Of a DNA stretch of 26,829 bases, positions 1 through 9,611 are shown piece after piece. Position 1 is the first letter of the stretch. Each line of letters starts with the position of its first letter. The position numbers and the translations under genes were made by a program. The notes below the pieces were generated by a model, which was not told where the DNA came from, did not search any database, and worked only from the letters and a program-made list of their open reading frames with translations. Source of the DNA: Acidimicrobiia bacterium (GTDB lineage: Bacteria > Actinomycetota > Acidimicrobiia > IMCC26256 > PALSA-555); assembly GCA_045862935.1 (NCBI GenBank), contig BTUT01000001.1, positions 1-26,829 of the forward strand. Direction: 5' to 3'.

Positions 1-2042
1 GCAGCGCCGATCGCCAGCAGCGGGGTCAGCGGGTTGGCGAACTCCTCGGCCGTCGCCCGCAGGAGCCCGACGGGCTCCTGCGTGACCCTCGCCGTGGAGC
101 GTGCGCGCCGCGCCGCCTGCTCCCCGGGGGTGAGGCCGTCGGCCGTCACCCCCATGAGGTCGAGGGCGGTGTCGGGATCGAGCTCGTGCCACCGTTGACG
201 AGGTCCGGGCCGGGGCGCCGGTCGGGATCCCGCTCGGGCCCCGGCGACGCCTCCGAACCCCATGGCCGCGAGGGCGCTCACGTTGATCGGGAGCAGGGTC
301 CGTCGGGCCGCCGCCGGTCCCGGCCCGACGAAGGCCCACACCCCGCCCGCCGTGGCGCCGGCGAGCGCCCAATGGGCGCTGCGCGCGCTGACGGTGCGAG
401 CGTCGGCCGCCGCCCGGACGATGCGCCAGGCGTTGGCGAGGCCCGGCCCGAGCACGACGTGGGCACCGAACGGCGCCGGTTCGCCCTCGACCTCGACGCC
501 GAGGCCGAGATCGGCGGCCCGCAACGGCCCGGGGAGGTGCCCGGCGACGAGCGCGACGACCCGCCCCTGCGTCTGCAGGTCCCGGATCTCGGCGGCGAGG
601 TCGGTCGCCGGGAGCCGGTCGGTCGTGATCCCGAGGGCCTCGGCCAAGGCGCTGGGTCCCCCCGCGAGGTGGACCTCCAGGCCCGCCGCCCGGGCGGCCT
701 CGACGAGGTCGCCTGCCATCGGCACGGGCTCCCGCGCGACCGCCACGAGCGCCTGGAGCTCCACGCCGCGCCAGAGTCCGAGGACGGCGTGGCCGCCCCG
801 GCGCAGCTCCCGAGCCCGGGTGGCACCGCCGCGCGGCAGCGGCTCACCGTTCACCGGGCGCAGCGACCACGCGCCCTCGGCCCGCGCGGCATGCGGATCG
901 TGTGGATCGAACAGGCGCCGGGTGCGCAACGTGCACTGGAGCGGTTCGGTGGCTCCGAGGGGCAGGACCTCTCCCAGGAACCAGACGTCGGAGGTCACGA
1001 CCCGGGCGTCGAGGACCAGGGTGTCGATCCGATCGAGGCGACGGAGGGCTGCGGGGTCCATCGCCACGGCGCCGTGCGCCGACAGGCGGCGGTCGAGCTG
1101 GGCGGCGAATTGCTCGCGCCCCATGGCGGCGGCCTTCGGGATCCCGGTGAGCAGGAGGTCGGCCGACCGGCGGGGATCACGGGTGACACCGAGGGCGAGC
1201 GCGGTCGCACCGAGCGAGCCGATCGCCGCTTGATTGGCGTAGCGTTCGATCGGTCCGTGCGGGAGTGTCGTGGGCCGGGGCGGGAAGTCGAGCGCGGCCC
1301 GGGCGACGCTGTGCCGGCCGACGACGAGCTCGGGCTCGCGCAGGTGCCACACGGCCCGCCGGCCGTGCATCTCCCCGAGCGTGCCGACCCGATGGGTGAG
1401 ATCGACCACGAGGCCGATCGGGCCCTGCCCGAGCGCCTGTGTGAACGCGTTGGCGCTCGCGAGCACCACGTCGGTGGTCGGGCGACCGAGCCGGTTCTCC
1501 ACGAAGCGCCGGAACCGCGGCTGGCTGTCGACCAGTGAGATCAGGCCGGGGATCTCCGCGGGGATCGGCACGACCCGGACCACCTGGATCGTGGTGGCGA
1601 ATCCGAGCCCGACGAGGTCGGCGACGATCCCGAAGACGTTGCGCTGGATGGGCTCACGGTCCGCAGGATGATCGGGTCGGTCGTGCGGGAACCGCTCGTG
1701 CGTGGCGTCGTGGAGGTCCTCCACCGCCTCGATCGTTGCGACGAGGTCGTCAGGCTCGATGGTCTCGGGGTCGAAGAGGATCACGGCCCGCCCGACCACG
1801 GCGTCGACATCGGCCCAGTCGACGCCCTCGAGTCCTTCGAGCGCGGTCCGCACGTGGTCGACCAACGGCGAGCGTTCCGGCCGGTGCACCCCCCGGACCT
1901 CGATGTGCGCTCGCCGGCCGTCGGTGGAGACCGCCACCCTCCGATGGCGGCGGCCCTCGGCGTTGCCGAGCCAATCGCGCACGGCCCGGGCCTGGGCCAG
2001 CGGGTTGAGTCGTACCGGGATGCCGAGGCGCAACGTGGTCAT
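1..2042 (-). CDS. N-terminal part of a CtpH/CtpI-like giant cation-transporting P-type ATPase (3' end runs off the window)
   Basis: Not in the ORF track because there is no stop in the window. Manual translation from ATG 2042: MTTLRLGIPVRLNPLAQARAVRDWLGNAEGRRHRRVAVSTDGRRAHIEVRGVHRP...LDRIDTLVLDARVV...WHELDPDTALDLMGVTADGLT...EEFANPLTPLLAIGA. The RRV..RAHIEVRG start and the WHEL...GLT...EELANPL cation-ATPase N-terminal signature match the mycobacterial CtpH/CtpI family as I recall it. Confidence 0.8.
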   Translation of the reverse strand, partial: MTTLRLGIPVRLNPLAQARAVRDWLGNAEGRRHRRVAVSTDGRRAHIEVRGVHRPERSPLVDHVRTALEGLEGVDWADVDAVVGRAVILFDPETIEPDDLVATIEAVEDLHDATHERFPHDRPDHPADREPIQRNVFGIVADLVGLGFATTIQVVRVVPIPAEIPGLISLVDSQPRFRRFVENRLGRPTTDVVLASANAFTQALGQGPIGLVVDLTHRVGTLGEMHGRRAVWHLREPELVVGRHSVARAALDFPPRPTTLPHGPIERYANQAAIGSLGATALALGVTRDPRRSADLLLTGIPKAAAMGREQFAAQLDRRLSAHGAVAMDPAALRRLDRIDTLVLDARVVTSDVWFLGEVLPLGATEPLQCTLRTRRLFDPHDPHAARAEGAWSLRPVNGEPLPRGGATRARELRRGGHAVLGLWRGVELQALVAVAREPVPMAGDLVEAARAAGLEVHLAGGPSALAEALGITTDRLPATDLAAEIRDLQTQGRVVALVAGHLPGPLRAADLGLGVEVEGEPAPFGAHVVLGPGLANAWRIVRAAADARTVSARSAHWALAGATAGGVWAFVGPGPAAARRTLLPINVSALAAMGFGGVAGARAGSRPAPRPGPRQRWHELDPDTALDLMGVTADGLTPGEQAARRARSTARVTQEPVGLLRATAEEFANPLTPLLAIGA

Positions 2043-2367
2043 CGGCCGGGTCTCGGGCTGGCGCAGCGCGCCCGGCGCCCGGAGCCCACGGCCCCGTCAC
2101 CGTGCCGCCGCTGCTGGTTCACGCGCCGTCCTTCCTTCGGGAGCGACACACCGGGCCGCGTCCCGCGGAGGTTGACCTGATGGGCGAGCACGTCGAGCCT
2201 GCCGGGGACGCACTCGTCGTCGAGATCATCTCGCCTCTGACCCGGTCGGGCCTCATCCTTTCGGGAGCATTTGTCCCGGGCTCGGAGCGATCGACCCCAC
2301 ACGGGGAGCGGGAGCTCGGCTCGTGTGCTGAGCCCGACGAGGGGCCGGTCGCGCACCTGATCGAGCG

Positions 2368-3636
2368 TCAACCTCCGTGGTCTGCCGGGGTGACGAGCGC
2401 CGGGAGGCGCCGATGGCCGTTGGCCCAGAACACCGGGTTGGGCGCAGGCACGAAGCCGTCGACGAGTCGGACCGACGCGACGCGTCCGACGAACGATTCG
2501 AGGATGGCGGTTGCCTCGAGCCGGGCGAGCGTCGCGCCGGGGCAGACGTGGGGACCGGTCCCGAACGCGAGGTGCTCGCGTGGGCGCGGCCGGCCGATGT
2601 CGAATTCCGCCGGGTGGTCGTGGACGGCCTCGTCCCGGTTGGCGGACGCGATCCCGAACACGACCCGGTCGCCGGTGGCGAGCGGCGCTCCCTCGATCTC
2701 GGTGTCGGCGAGGACGGCCCGGCCGAGCACCTGGACGGGGCTGTCGAGGCGCAACGACTCCTCGACGAACGGCGCGATGTCGCGACGGTCGGCCCGCAGG
2801 CGTGCGTAGAGCTCGGTCTGCGTGGCTGCGGTGTGGAGGCAGTTGGCGATGAGGTTGCGGGTCGTCTCGTTGCCGGCCACGAGGATGAACATCGTCTGGG
2901 TGACGATCGCCCGGTCCGAGAGGTACTCGCCGTCGACGTCGGTGCGCAGGAAGCGGGTGATGAGGTCGTCGGGTGGGTGCGATGTCGCGCGGCGCTCGTC
3001 GATCATCGTCTGGATGTAGTCGGCGAACTCGGGGTGGAAGTCGCGCATGGGCGCGGTGTCGCCGCGGTTCTGCGCTTCGAGGAGCTCGTCGGACCAGACG
3101 CGGAACTTGTCGTGATCGGAGACGGGGGCTCCGGTCATGTGCGCGATGACCGCCGACGGCAGTGGATCCGCGAGCCGGTCGACGAGGTCGACCACCTCGC
3201 CGCGCGCCGCGTCGGCGACGGCGAGATCCACGAGGCGCGCGGCCTCGGCGCGGATGAACGGCTCGGCGGCGGCGGTGCGATGTCCCGCAACCACGGTGTT
3301 GACCACGCGCCGGATCACCCCGTGTCGCGGCTCGGGGATCGCCGCGAGGACGATGTCCTCCTCGGGGAGGGAAGCCGTGTCCATGAACGAGCCGACGAAC
3401 CGGTCGACGTTGCGCAACCCGGTCTCGACCCCGGCTGCGGTGCCCACGTACCAGCCCTGGGTCGTGTCGACGACCCCGCCCGCGGCGCGCACCGCGGCCA
3501 TCGCCGCGTAGCGCTCGTCGGACGACGGCGCGTACGGATCGAACGGCACGCGCGGAGCATGATCCGATCGGCCGGCCTGGTCGCCGGCCTGGTCGCCGGC
3601 GTGGTCGCCGTCCTGCTCGCCGCCGGTCGCTCCCAT
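2368..3636 (-). CDS. Cytochrome P450
   Basis: I-helix AGNETT, K-helix EESLR (ExxR), heme motif FGTGPHVCPG. SD GGGGAGG just upstream of the ATG. Confidence 0.95.
   Translation of the reverse strand: MGATGGEQDGDHAGDQAGDQAGRSDHAPRVPFDPYAPSSDERYAAMAAVRAAGGVVDTTQGWYVGTAAGVETGLRNVDRFVGSFMDTASLPEEDIVLAAIPEPRHGVIRRVVNTVVAGHRTAAAEPFIRAEAARLVDLAVADAARGEVVDLVDRLADPLPSAVIAHMTGAPVSDHDKFRVWSDELLEAQNRGDTAPMRDFHPEFADYIQTMIDERRATSHPPDDLITRFLRTDVDGEYLSDRAIVTQTMFILVAGNETTRNLIANCLHTAATQTELYARLRADRRDIAPFVEESLRLDSPVQVLGRAVLADTEIEGAPLATGDRVVFGIASANRDEAVHDHPAEFDIGRPRPREHLAFGTGPHVCPGATLARLEATAILESFVGRVASVRLVDGFVPAPNPVFWANGHRRLPALVTPADHGG
3569..3612. repeat. 12-bp tandem repeat (~3.5 copies, tcgccggcctgg) encoding GDHA-GDQA-GDQA at the P450 N-terminus
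   Basis: Read directly from the sequence. Confidence 0.8.
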
Positions 3637-3660
3637 GGCGCCTCCCCGATTCGTGGTGCG

Positions 3661-3666
3661 TAAGAT
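3661..3666 (+). promoter_or_regulatory. Candidate -10 hexamer TAAGAT for the small-ORF/DUF2342/tilS unit
   Basis: TAnnnT hexamer in the 63-bp divergent intergenic gap, 33 nt upstream of GTG 3700. SD GGAGG at 3690-3694. Confidence 0.5.
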
Positions 3667-3699
3667 GCTGGCACAGCCCGCGTCACCCCGGAGGCCGAC

Positions 3700-3849
3700 G
3701 TGAACGTGCTCGCCAACGAGCAGTACCAGTGGTTCTGGTGGATCGCTCCGCTGCTGACGCTGGGCATCCTGGCGGTGCTCGCCCTCCTCGTCGGCGGCTA
3801 CGTCCGCAAGGTGCTCATCCCGCAGGTCAAGGGCCGCCGGGTCGAATGA
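3700..3849 (+). CDS. Small single-pass membrane protein (49 aa), hypothetical
   Basis: GTG with SD GGAGG at 5-nt spacing. MNVLANEQYQWFWWIAPLLTLGILAVLALLVGGYVRKVLIPQVKGRRVE. GC3-rich codons. The TGA overlaps the ATG of the next gene (ATGA). Confidence 0.8.
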   Translation: MNVLANEQYQWFWWIAPLLTLGILAVLALLVGGYVRKVLIPQVKGRRVE

Positions 3850-5003
3850 CCCTCGCCGCGCCGGTCGAGCCGCACCGGGCGCGCCTGCCCGAACCGATCG
3901 ACTGGGCGCTGGCCGGCCGCGTGGCGCGGCGGGTCGCGGGGCGTGACCCGCTCGCCCGTTCCTACCTCGCCAGCTCGCTCGCCCCCGACTTCGTCGCCGT
4001 GAGCGCGCAGGCCGAGACGCTCGTCGCCGACTTCACCGGCCTGCACTCCGGCTCTCCCGTGCGGGCGATGGTCCTCGATCGGGCGGCTTGGGTCGATGCC
4101 AACGTCGCCTCGATGCGCGGCCTGCTCGCGCCGCTCACCGACCGGGTGGGTGAGCGCCTCGCCCGGAGCCCCCTCGCGCCGGTGGGACGCACGGTCACCG
4201 CGACCGAGCTCGGGGTGCTGCTCGGGTGGTTCTCCCAGCGGGTGCTCGGCCAGTACGACCTGCTCGTGCCCGGGCAGGACACCGATGCGGGTGAGCGCCC
4301 CGGCGACGCGGGCGAGCGTGGCGGCGACGCCCCGGGCGGGTCCTCGGGCGACCGCGGTGGTGACGACGACGCCGTCTACTACGTGGGTGCCAACGTCCTC
4401 GCGCTCGAGAAGCGGTTCGCGTTCCGGCCCCGTGACTTCCGGCTGTGGATCGCGTTGCACGAGTGCACGCACCGCGCGCAGTTCACGGGGGTTCCCTGGC
4501 TGCGTCCGTACTTCCTCTCGCTCGTGAGCGAGCTCCTCGGAGCCATCGACCCGGATCCCAAGCGCGTGGTGCACGCGCTGCGAGCCGCGCTCGAGGAGCT
4601 GCGGCGCGGGCGCAACCCCCTCGACGACGGTGGGCTCGTCGCCCTGCTCGCGACACCGGAGCATCGGGGCACGATCGGCCGGATCCAGTCGCTCATGACG
4701 CTCCTCGAGGGGCACGGCAACCGGGTGATGAACGAGCTGGGTGCCCGGCACGGGCACGGCCTGGTGCGGATGGGGCGCATCCGCGAGCCGCGCCGCCGCA
4801 GCACGGGTCTGACGGGGCTGTTCCACAAGCTGGTGGGCTTGGAGGCGAAGTTGCGCCAGTACGAGGTGGGTGAGGCGTTCGTGGCCGGGATCGAGGCGAA
4901 GGCCGGCCCGCGCGCGATCGACGCCGCCTGGCAGGGGCCCGAGTGGCTGCCGACGGCCGACGAGCTCGAGCATCCGGACCGGTGGCTCGCCCGCGCCGCT
5001 TGA
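3846..5003 (+). CDS. Zinc-dependent metalloprotease-like protein (DUF2342 / 'coenzyme F420 biosynthesis-associated' family)
   Basis: IDW..A..VA N-terminus, VLGQYD, HExxH motif (LHECTH), LEGH, KLRQYExG. Usual position upstream of tilS. Start moved to ATG 3846, which is coupled to the small ORF. Confidence 0.85.
   Translation: MTLAAPVEPHRARLPEPIDWALAGRVARRVAGRDPLARSYLASSLAPDFVAVSAQAETLVADFTGLHSGSPVRAMVLDRAAWVDANVASMRGLLAPLTDRVGERLARSPLAPVGRTVTATELGVLLGWFSQRVLGQYDLLVPGQDTDAGERPGDAGERGGDAPGGSSGDRGGDDDAVYYVGANVLALEKRFAFRPRDFRLWIALHECTHRAQFTGVPWLRPYFLSLVSELLGAIDPDPKRVVHALRAALEELRRGRNPLDDGGLVALLATPEHRGTIGRIQSLMTLLEGHGNRVMNELGARHGHGLVRMGRIREPRRRSTGLTGLFHKLVGLEAKLRQYEVGEAFVAGIEAKAGPRAIDAAWQGPEWLPTADELEHPDRWLARAA
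4284..4331. repeat. 21-bp imperfect tandem repeat (~2.3 copies) within a Gly/Asp-rich loop insertion of the DUF2342 gene
   Basis: gatgcgggtgagcgccccggc / gacgcgggcgagcgtggcggc / gacgcc, encoding DAGERPG DAGERGG DA. Confidence 0.6.
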
Positions 5004-5965
5004 GCGAGCAGTCGTGGTGCGCGCCGCTCGCACCCTGGGTGGCACGCCTCGAAGGGCTGAGCGACGTCGACGAGCCGGTCGTGGTCGCGTGCTCGGGAGG
5101 CCCCGACTCCCTCGCGCTGCTCGCGCTCGCGACGGCCGCGGGGTTGACGCCGGTCGCGGCCTACGTCGACCACGGGTTGCGCGGCGAAGCCGCCGGCGAG
5201 GCCGCGCTCGTCGCGCGCGTCGCGTGCCGCTGGGGGCTCCCGGCCCGCAGCGTCCGCACCAGCGTCGATCCCGGGCCCAACCTCGAGGCCCGGGCGCGCG
5301 CGGCCCGCTACGACGCCCTGGACGCGGTGCGCCAGGAGGTCGGGGCGAACGCGGTGCTCGTGGGCCACACCGCCGACGACCAGGCCGAGACGGTCGTGCT
5401 CAACCTGTTGCGGGGGAGCGCGTCGGCGGGTCTGGGGGCGATGGCCGTGCGCCGGGGATGGGTGGTGCGACCGATCCTCGGGCTGCGCCGCGCCGACTGC
5501 GAGGCGATCTGCGCGGTGGCGGGGGTGGAGCCGGTGCGCGACCCGATGAACGCCGACCTGGGGCTGCGCCGCGTGCGGGTGCGCCACGAGGTGCTGCCCA
5601 CCCTCGGTGCGGCGGCCGGTCGCGATCTCGTGCCGGTGCTCGCGCGCCAGGCCGTCGTGCTGCGCAGCGAGAGCGACTACCTCGACGAGCTCGCGCGGGG
5701 CGCCTGGCCCCCGGCTCCTCCGGTTCCGGTTCCGGAGGCGGGCACGGCTCCGGCGCCGGCGGCGGCGCTGGGGGACCTTCCCGTGGTGCTCGCCCGGCGG
5801 GCCGTCCGCTTGTGGGTGGGCTCCCCGCCTCCCTCGTTCGCCGAGGTGGAGCGGGTGCTCGCGGTCGCGCGCGGCGACATCCGGGGAACCCAGCTCGCGG
5901 GGGGCCGCTCGGTGCGCCGCCGGGACGGAGTGCTGCACCTCGACCGGGCTAGCGTCGACGGGTGA
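5000..5965 (+). CDS. tilS: tRNA(Ile)-lysidine synthetase
   Basis: PP-loop [23 protein letters not shown]. The TTG start overlapping the upstream TGA is inferred. Confidence 0.95.
   Translation: MSEQSWCAPLAPWVARLEGLSDVDEPVVVACSGGPDSLALLALATAAGLTPVAAYVDHGLRGEAAGEAALVARVACRWGLPARSVRTSVDPGPNLEARARAARYDALDAVRQEVGANAVLVGHTADDQAETVVLNLLRGSASAGLGAMAVRRGWVVRPILGLRRADCEAICAVAGVEPVRDPMNADLGLRRVRVRHEVLPTLGAAAGRDLVPVLARQAVVLRSESDYLDELARGAWPPAPPVPVPEAGTAPAPAAALGDLPVVLARRAVRLWVGSPPPSFAEVERVLAVARGDIRGTQLAGGRSVRRRDGVLHLDRASVDG
5950..5955 (+). promoter_or_regulatory. Candidate -10 (TAGCGT) for a leaderless hpt transcript
   Basis: TAnnnT exactly 6 nt before GTG 5962; no SD. Confidence 0.5.
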
Positions 5966-6501
5966 TGGATGCGAACGTCGGCGCCGTCGTCGTGGGCGAG
6001 GACGACCTGGCGCAGCGGATCGCCGAGCTGGGCAAGCAGATCACCGCCGACTACGCCGAGAGCCCGCCGCTCCTCGTGGGCGTGCTGAAGGGCGCGTTCG
6101 TCTTCATGAGCGACCTCGCCCGTGCGATCGCGCTCCCCGTGGAGTTCGACTTCATGGCCGTGTCGTCGTACGGGTCGGCGACGCGCACGAGCGGCGTCGT
6201 CCGCATCCTCAAGGACCTCGAGACCGATCTCACCGACCGCGACGTGCTGATCGTGGAGGACATCGTCGACTCGGGCCTCACGCTCGCGTACCTGCGCCGG
6301 AACCTCGCGGCGCGCGCCCCGCGGTCGGTGGAGACCTGCGCCCTGCTCGTGAAGGACGGACTCCAACGCACCGAGCTCGACCTCCGGTACGTGGGCTTCC
6401 GCATCCCCCCCGTGTTCGTGGTCGGGTACGGGCTCGACGTCGACGAGCGGTACCGCAACCTCGCCGGCATCCACGAGTACGTGGGGCCGACCCGCGCCTG
6501 A
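5962..6501 (+). CDS. hpt: Hypoxanthine phosphoribosyltransferase
   Basis: [13 protein letters not shown]-binding [21 protein letters not shown]...YRNL. Confidence 0.97.
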   Translation: MMDANVGAVVVGEDDLAQRIAELGKQITADYAESPPLLVGVLKGAFVFMSDLARAIALPVEFDFMAVSSYGSATRTSGVVRILKDLETDLTDRDVLIVEDIVDSGLTLAYLRRNLAARAPRSVETCALLVKDGLQRTELDLRYVGFRIPPVFVVGYGLDVDERYRNLAGIHEYVGPTRA

Positions 6502-6537
6502 CCCAGGATCCCACCCCCACACCGGAGGACCGAGTCC

Positions 6538-7278
<741 letters not shown>

Positions 7279-7327
7279 GGCGCGCTCGTCACGCAGCGGA
7301 CCCGCGCCGCGAGGTGGAGCCTGCCGG

Positions 7328-7333
7328 TACGCT
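7328..7333 (+). promoter_or_regulatory. Candidate -10 (TACGCT) for a leaderless folP transcript
   Basis: TAnnnT exactly 6 nt before GTG 7340; no SD. Confidence 0.55.
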
Positions 7334-7339
7334 GCGGGC

Positions 7340-8230
7340 GTGTTCGACTGGTTCGAGGCGTCCGGCGTGGGGCTCGCCCACGGGGATGCCGGAACCCGGG
7401 GCGCGCCCGTGCCCCGGGTGATGGGCGTGGTGAACGTGACCCCCGACTCGTTCTCCGACGGTGGCCGGTGGCTCGAGCCCGATGCGGCGGTGGCCCACGG
7501 GCTGGCGCTCGTCGCGGCCGGCGCCGACCTCCTGGACGTGGGTGGTGAGTCCACCCGGCCGGGGGCCGACCCGGTCGACGCGGCCGAGGAGCGCCGCCGG
7601 GTGGAGCCCGTCGTCGCGCGGCTGGTCGCGGAGTGCGGCGTGCCGGTGGGCGTCGACACGACCAAGGCCGACGTCGCGGCGGCGGCGATCGGCGTCGGCG
7701 CGCAGCTCGTCAACGACGTGTCGGCCGGCCGCTTCGACCCGCGCATGTTCGGCGTCGTGGCCAGGAGCGGTGTGGGGATCGTGCTCACCCACATGCTCGG
7801 CGAGCCCCGGACGATGCAGCACGACCCCCGCTACGAGGACGTGCTGCGCGAGGTCGCCGACGCGCTCCTCGAGCGGCGGGGCGCCGCCGAGGCCGCGGGC
7901 ATCGACGCGTCGGCGATCGCCCTCGACCCCGGCATCGGGTTCGGCAAGACCACGGCGCACAACCTCGCGCTGCTCGCCCACCTCGACGCGCTCGTGGCGC
8001 GCGTCGGCTCGCCGGTCGTCGTGGGGACGTCGCGCAAGCGGTTCATCGGGCGCGTGCTCGCCGACGTGGGCGGTGTCGCTGGCGAGCCCGCTCCCGACGC
8101 CCGCGACGACGGCACGCTCGCGACGGTGGTCTGGGCCGCCCAGTGCGGTGCCCGGGTGGTGCGGGTGCACGACTTCGAGAGCGCGGCGCGCGCGCTCGCG
8201 CTCCTCGCGCGGGTGGAGGCCGCGGCGTGA
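7340..8230 (+). CDS. folP: Dihydropteroate synthase
   Basis: MGVVNVTPDSFSDGG, DVGGESTRPGA, DPGIGFGKT, GTSRKRF, VRVHD. Confidence 0.97.
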   Translation: MFDWFEASGVGLAHGDAGTRGAPVPRVMGVVNVTPDSFSDGGRWLEPDAAVAHGLALVAAGADLLDVGGESTRPGADPVDAAEERRRVEPVVARLVAECGVPVGVDTTKADVAAAAIGVGAQLVNDVSAGRFDPRMFGVVARSGVGIVLTHMLGEPRTMQHDPRYEDVLREVADALLERRGAAEAAGIDASAIALDPGIGFGKTTAHNLALLAHLDALVARVGSPVVVGTSRKRFIGRVLADVGGVAGEPAPDARDDGTLATVVWAAQCGARVVRVHDFESAARALALLARVEAAA

Positions 8231-8748
8231 GGGGACGCTGGGCCCAGGGCCTCGAGCCGCGGGGCTTCACCTGGGTGATCAAGGATCGGCTCGCGGCCTC
8301 CGAGCGGCCCGGGGGGTTCTCGCGCAACCACCGCAAGGTGCGCCGCCAGGAGGAGCTCATCTGGCTGGCCGGCAGCGGCTTCACCCGCGTCCTCTCGCTG
8401 CTCGACTCGCCGCACAACCTCCACGCCTACGAAGAGGCCGGCATCGCGTACGAGCACGTGCCCCTCGGTCGGCGCGAGGACTGGCCCGTCCAGCTGCGCC
8501 TCGCCTACACGCTGCTCCAGCAGTGGCTCGCCGACCCCGACGAGCGCGTGCTCGTGCACCACGAGGAGTTCGGGGATCGCCTGCTCGGCGTGCTCGCCGG
8601 GTACCTGCTCTTCGCCTTCCCCGACGCCATCACGAGCGGCCCCCAGGCCACGGTGACGATCGAGAAGATCGCCGGCCGTCAGCTCGGTGCGGTCGGCCGG
8701 GAGATCGTGGCCGTGACCGTGGAGGAGGGGCTCGTCGGCCAGGCGTAG
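8227..8748 (+). CDS. Protein-tyrosine/dual-specificity phosphatase-like protein with a degenerate P-loop (HHEEFGDR)
   Basis: GTG overlaps the folP TGA. FTWVIKDRLAASERPG, VLSLL, YEHVPL and VLVH-x6-R follow the DSP/PTP layout, but the catalytic Cys position is His. 173 aa. Confidence 0.75.
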   Translation: MRGRWAQGLEPRGFTWVIKDRLAASERPGGFSRNHRKVRRQEELIWLAGSGFTRVLSLLDSPHNLHAYEEAGIAYEHVPLGRREDWPVQLRLAYTLLQQWLADPDERVLVHHEEFGDRLLGVLAGYLLFAFPDAITSGPQATVTIEKIAGRQLGAVGREIVAVTVEEGLVGQA

Positions 8749-8776
8749 CGTGCCCCACGAGCCGACGGGAGCAACC

Positions 8777-9127
8777 ATGGATCACATCCTCATCACCGGT
8801 CTGCGCGAGCTCGGGGTCCACGGCGTGCTCCCCGAGGAGCAGACCCGACCGCAGCCGTTCGAGGTCGACGTGGAGCTCGCGGTGGACCTCACCCCGGCCA
8901 GCGAGTCCGACGACCTCGACGACACCGTCGACTACGGCGCGGTGTGCGAGGCGGTCAGCCGCGTCGTGAGCAGCGAGCGCTACCAGCTCCTCGAGCGGCT
9001 CGCGGCGCGCATCGCGGAGGTGTGCGCCGTCGACACCCGGGTGCAGCGGGTGCGGGTGACGGTGCGCAAGCTGCACCCGCCGGTGCGCGCGATGGTCGAC
9101 CACGTGGCCGTCAGCATCGAGCGCTGA
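8777..9127 (+). CDS. folB: Dihydroneopterin aldolase
   Basis: DHILITGLRELGVHGV..EEQ..PQPFEVD, TVDY, LLERLA, VRKLHPP. Confidence 0.95.
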   Translation: MDHILITGLRELGVHGVLPEEQTRPQPFEVDVELAVDLTPASESDDLDDTVDYGAVCEAVSRVVSSERYQLLERLAARIAEVCAVDTRVQRVRVTVRKLHPPVRAMVDHVAVSIER

Positions 9128-9146
9128 CCGGGGCGGGCCGCCGGCG

Positions 9147-9611
9147 ATGGTGCGGGCCTACCTGGGCATCGGGTCGAACCTGGGCGACCGCCTCCGCCAC
9201 CTCCAGGACGCCGTCGACGGGCTGGCGCGCTGCCCCGGCGTCGAGGTCGTGGCGGTGTCGCGGGTCTACGAGACCGAACCGGTGGGGGGACCGGCGCAGC
9301 CCGCGTACCTCAACGCCGCGGTGGCCGTCGACACCTCGTTGAGCGCGCGAGGCCTCCTCGAGGTCGGGCAGCGGCTGGAGGCCGACGCACGGCGCGTCCG
9401 GGCCGAGCGGTGGGGGCCGCGCACCCTCGACGTCGACCTGCTGACGTTCGGCGACGAGGTCCTCGACGAGCCCGATCTCGTCGTACCCCACCCGCGCTGG
9501 CGGGAGCGCGGCTTCGTGCTCGCGCCGCTCGCCGACCTGGGCCATCCCGAGGTCCGCGAGGTCGAGTGGACCGGGGTGCGGGTGAGCGACCTAGAATTGC
9601 GCGTCCCGTAG
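9147..9611 (+). CDS. folK: 2-amino-4-hydroxy-6-hydroxymethyldihydropteridine diphosphokinase
   Basis: AYLGIGSNLGDR, YLNA, RWGPRTLDVDLL, PHPR..ERGFVL. Confidence 0.96.
   Translation: MVRAYLGIGSNLGDRLRHLQDAVDGLARCPGVEVVAVSRVYETEPVGGPAQPAYLNAAVAVDTSLSARGLLEVGQRLEADARRVRAERWGPRTLDVDLLTFGDEVLDEPDLVVPHPRWRERGFVLAPLADLGHPEVREVEWTGVRVSDLELRVP

Noticed and set aside
2039-2371. 110-aa ORF bridging the P450 stop and the ATPase start with overlaps at both ends
   Set aside because: Arg-rich, non-coding-like composition, TTG start without SD. Only its last 27 codons have SD support (reported as a finding).
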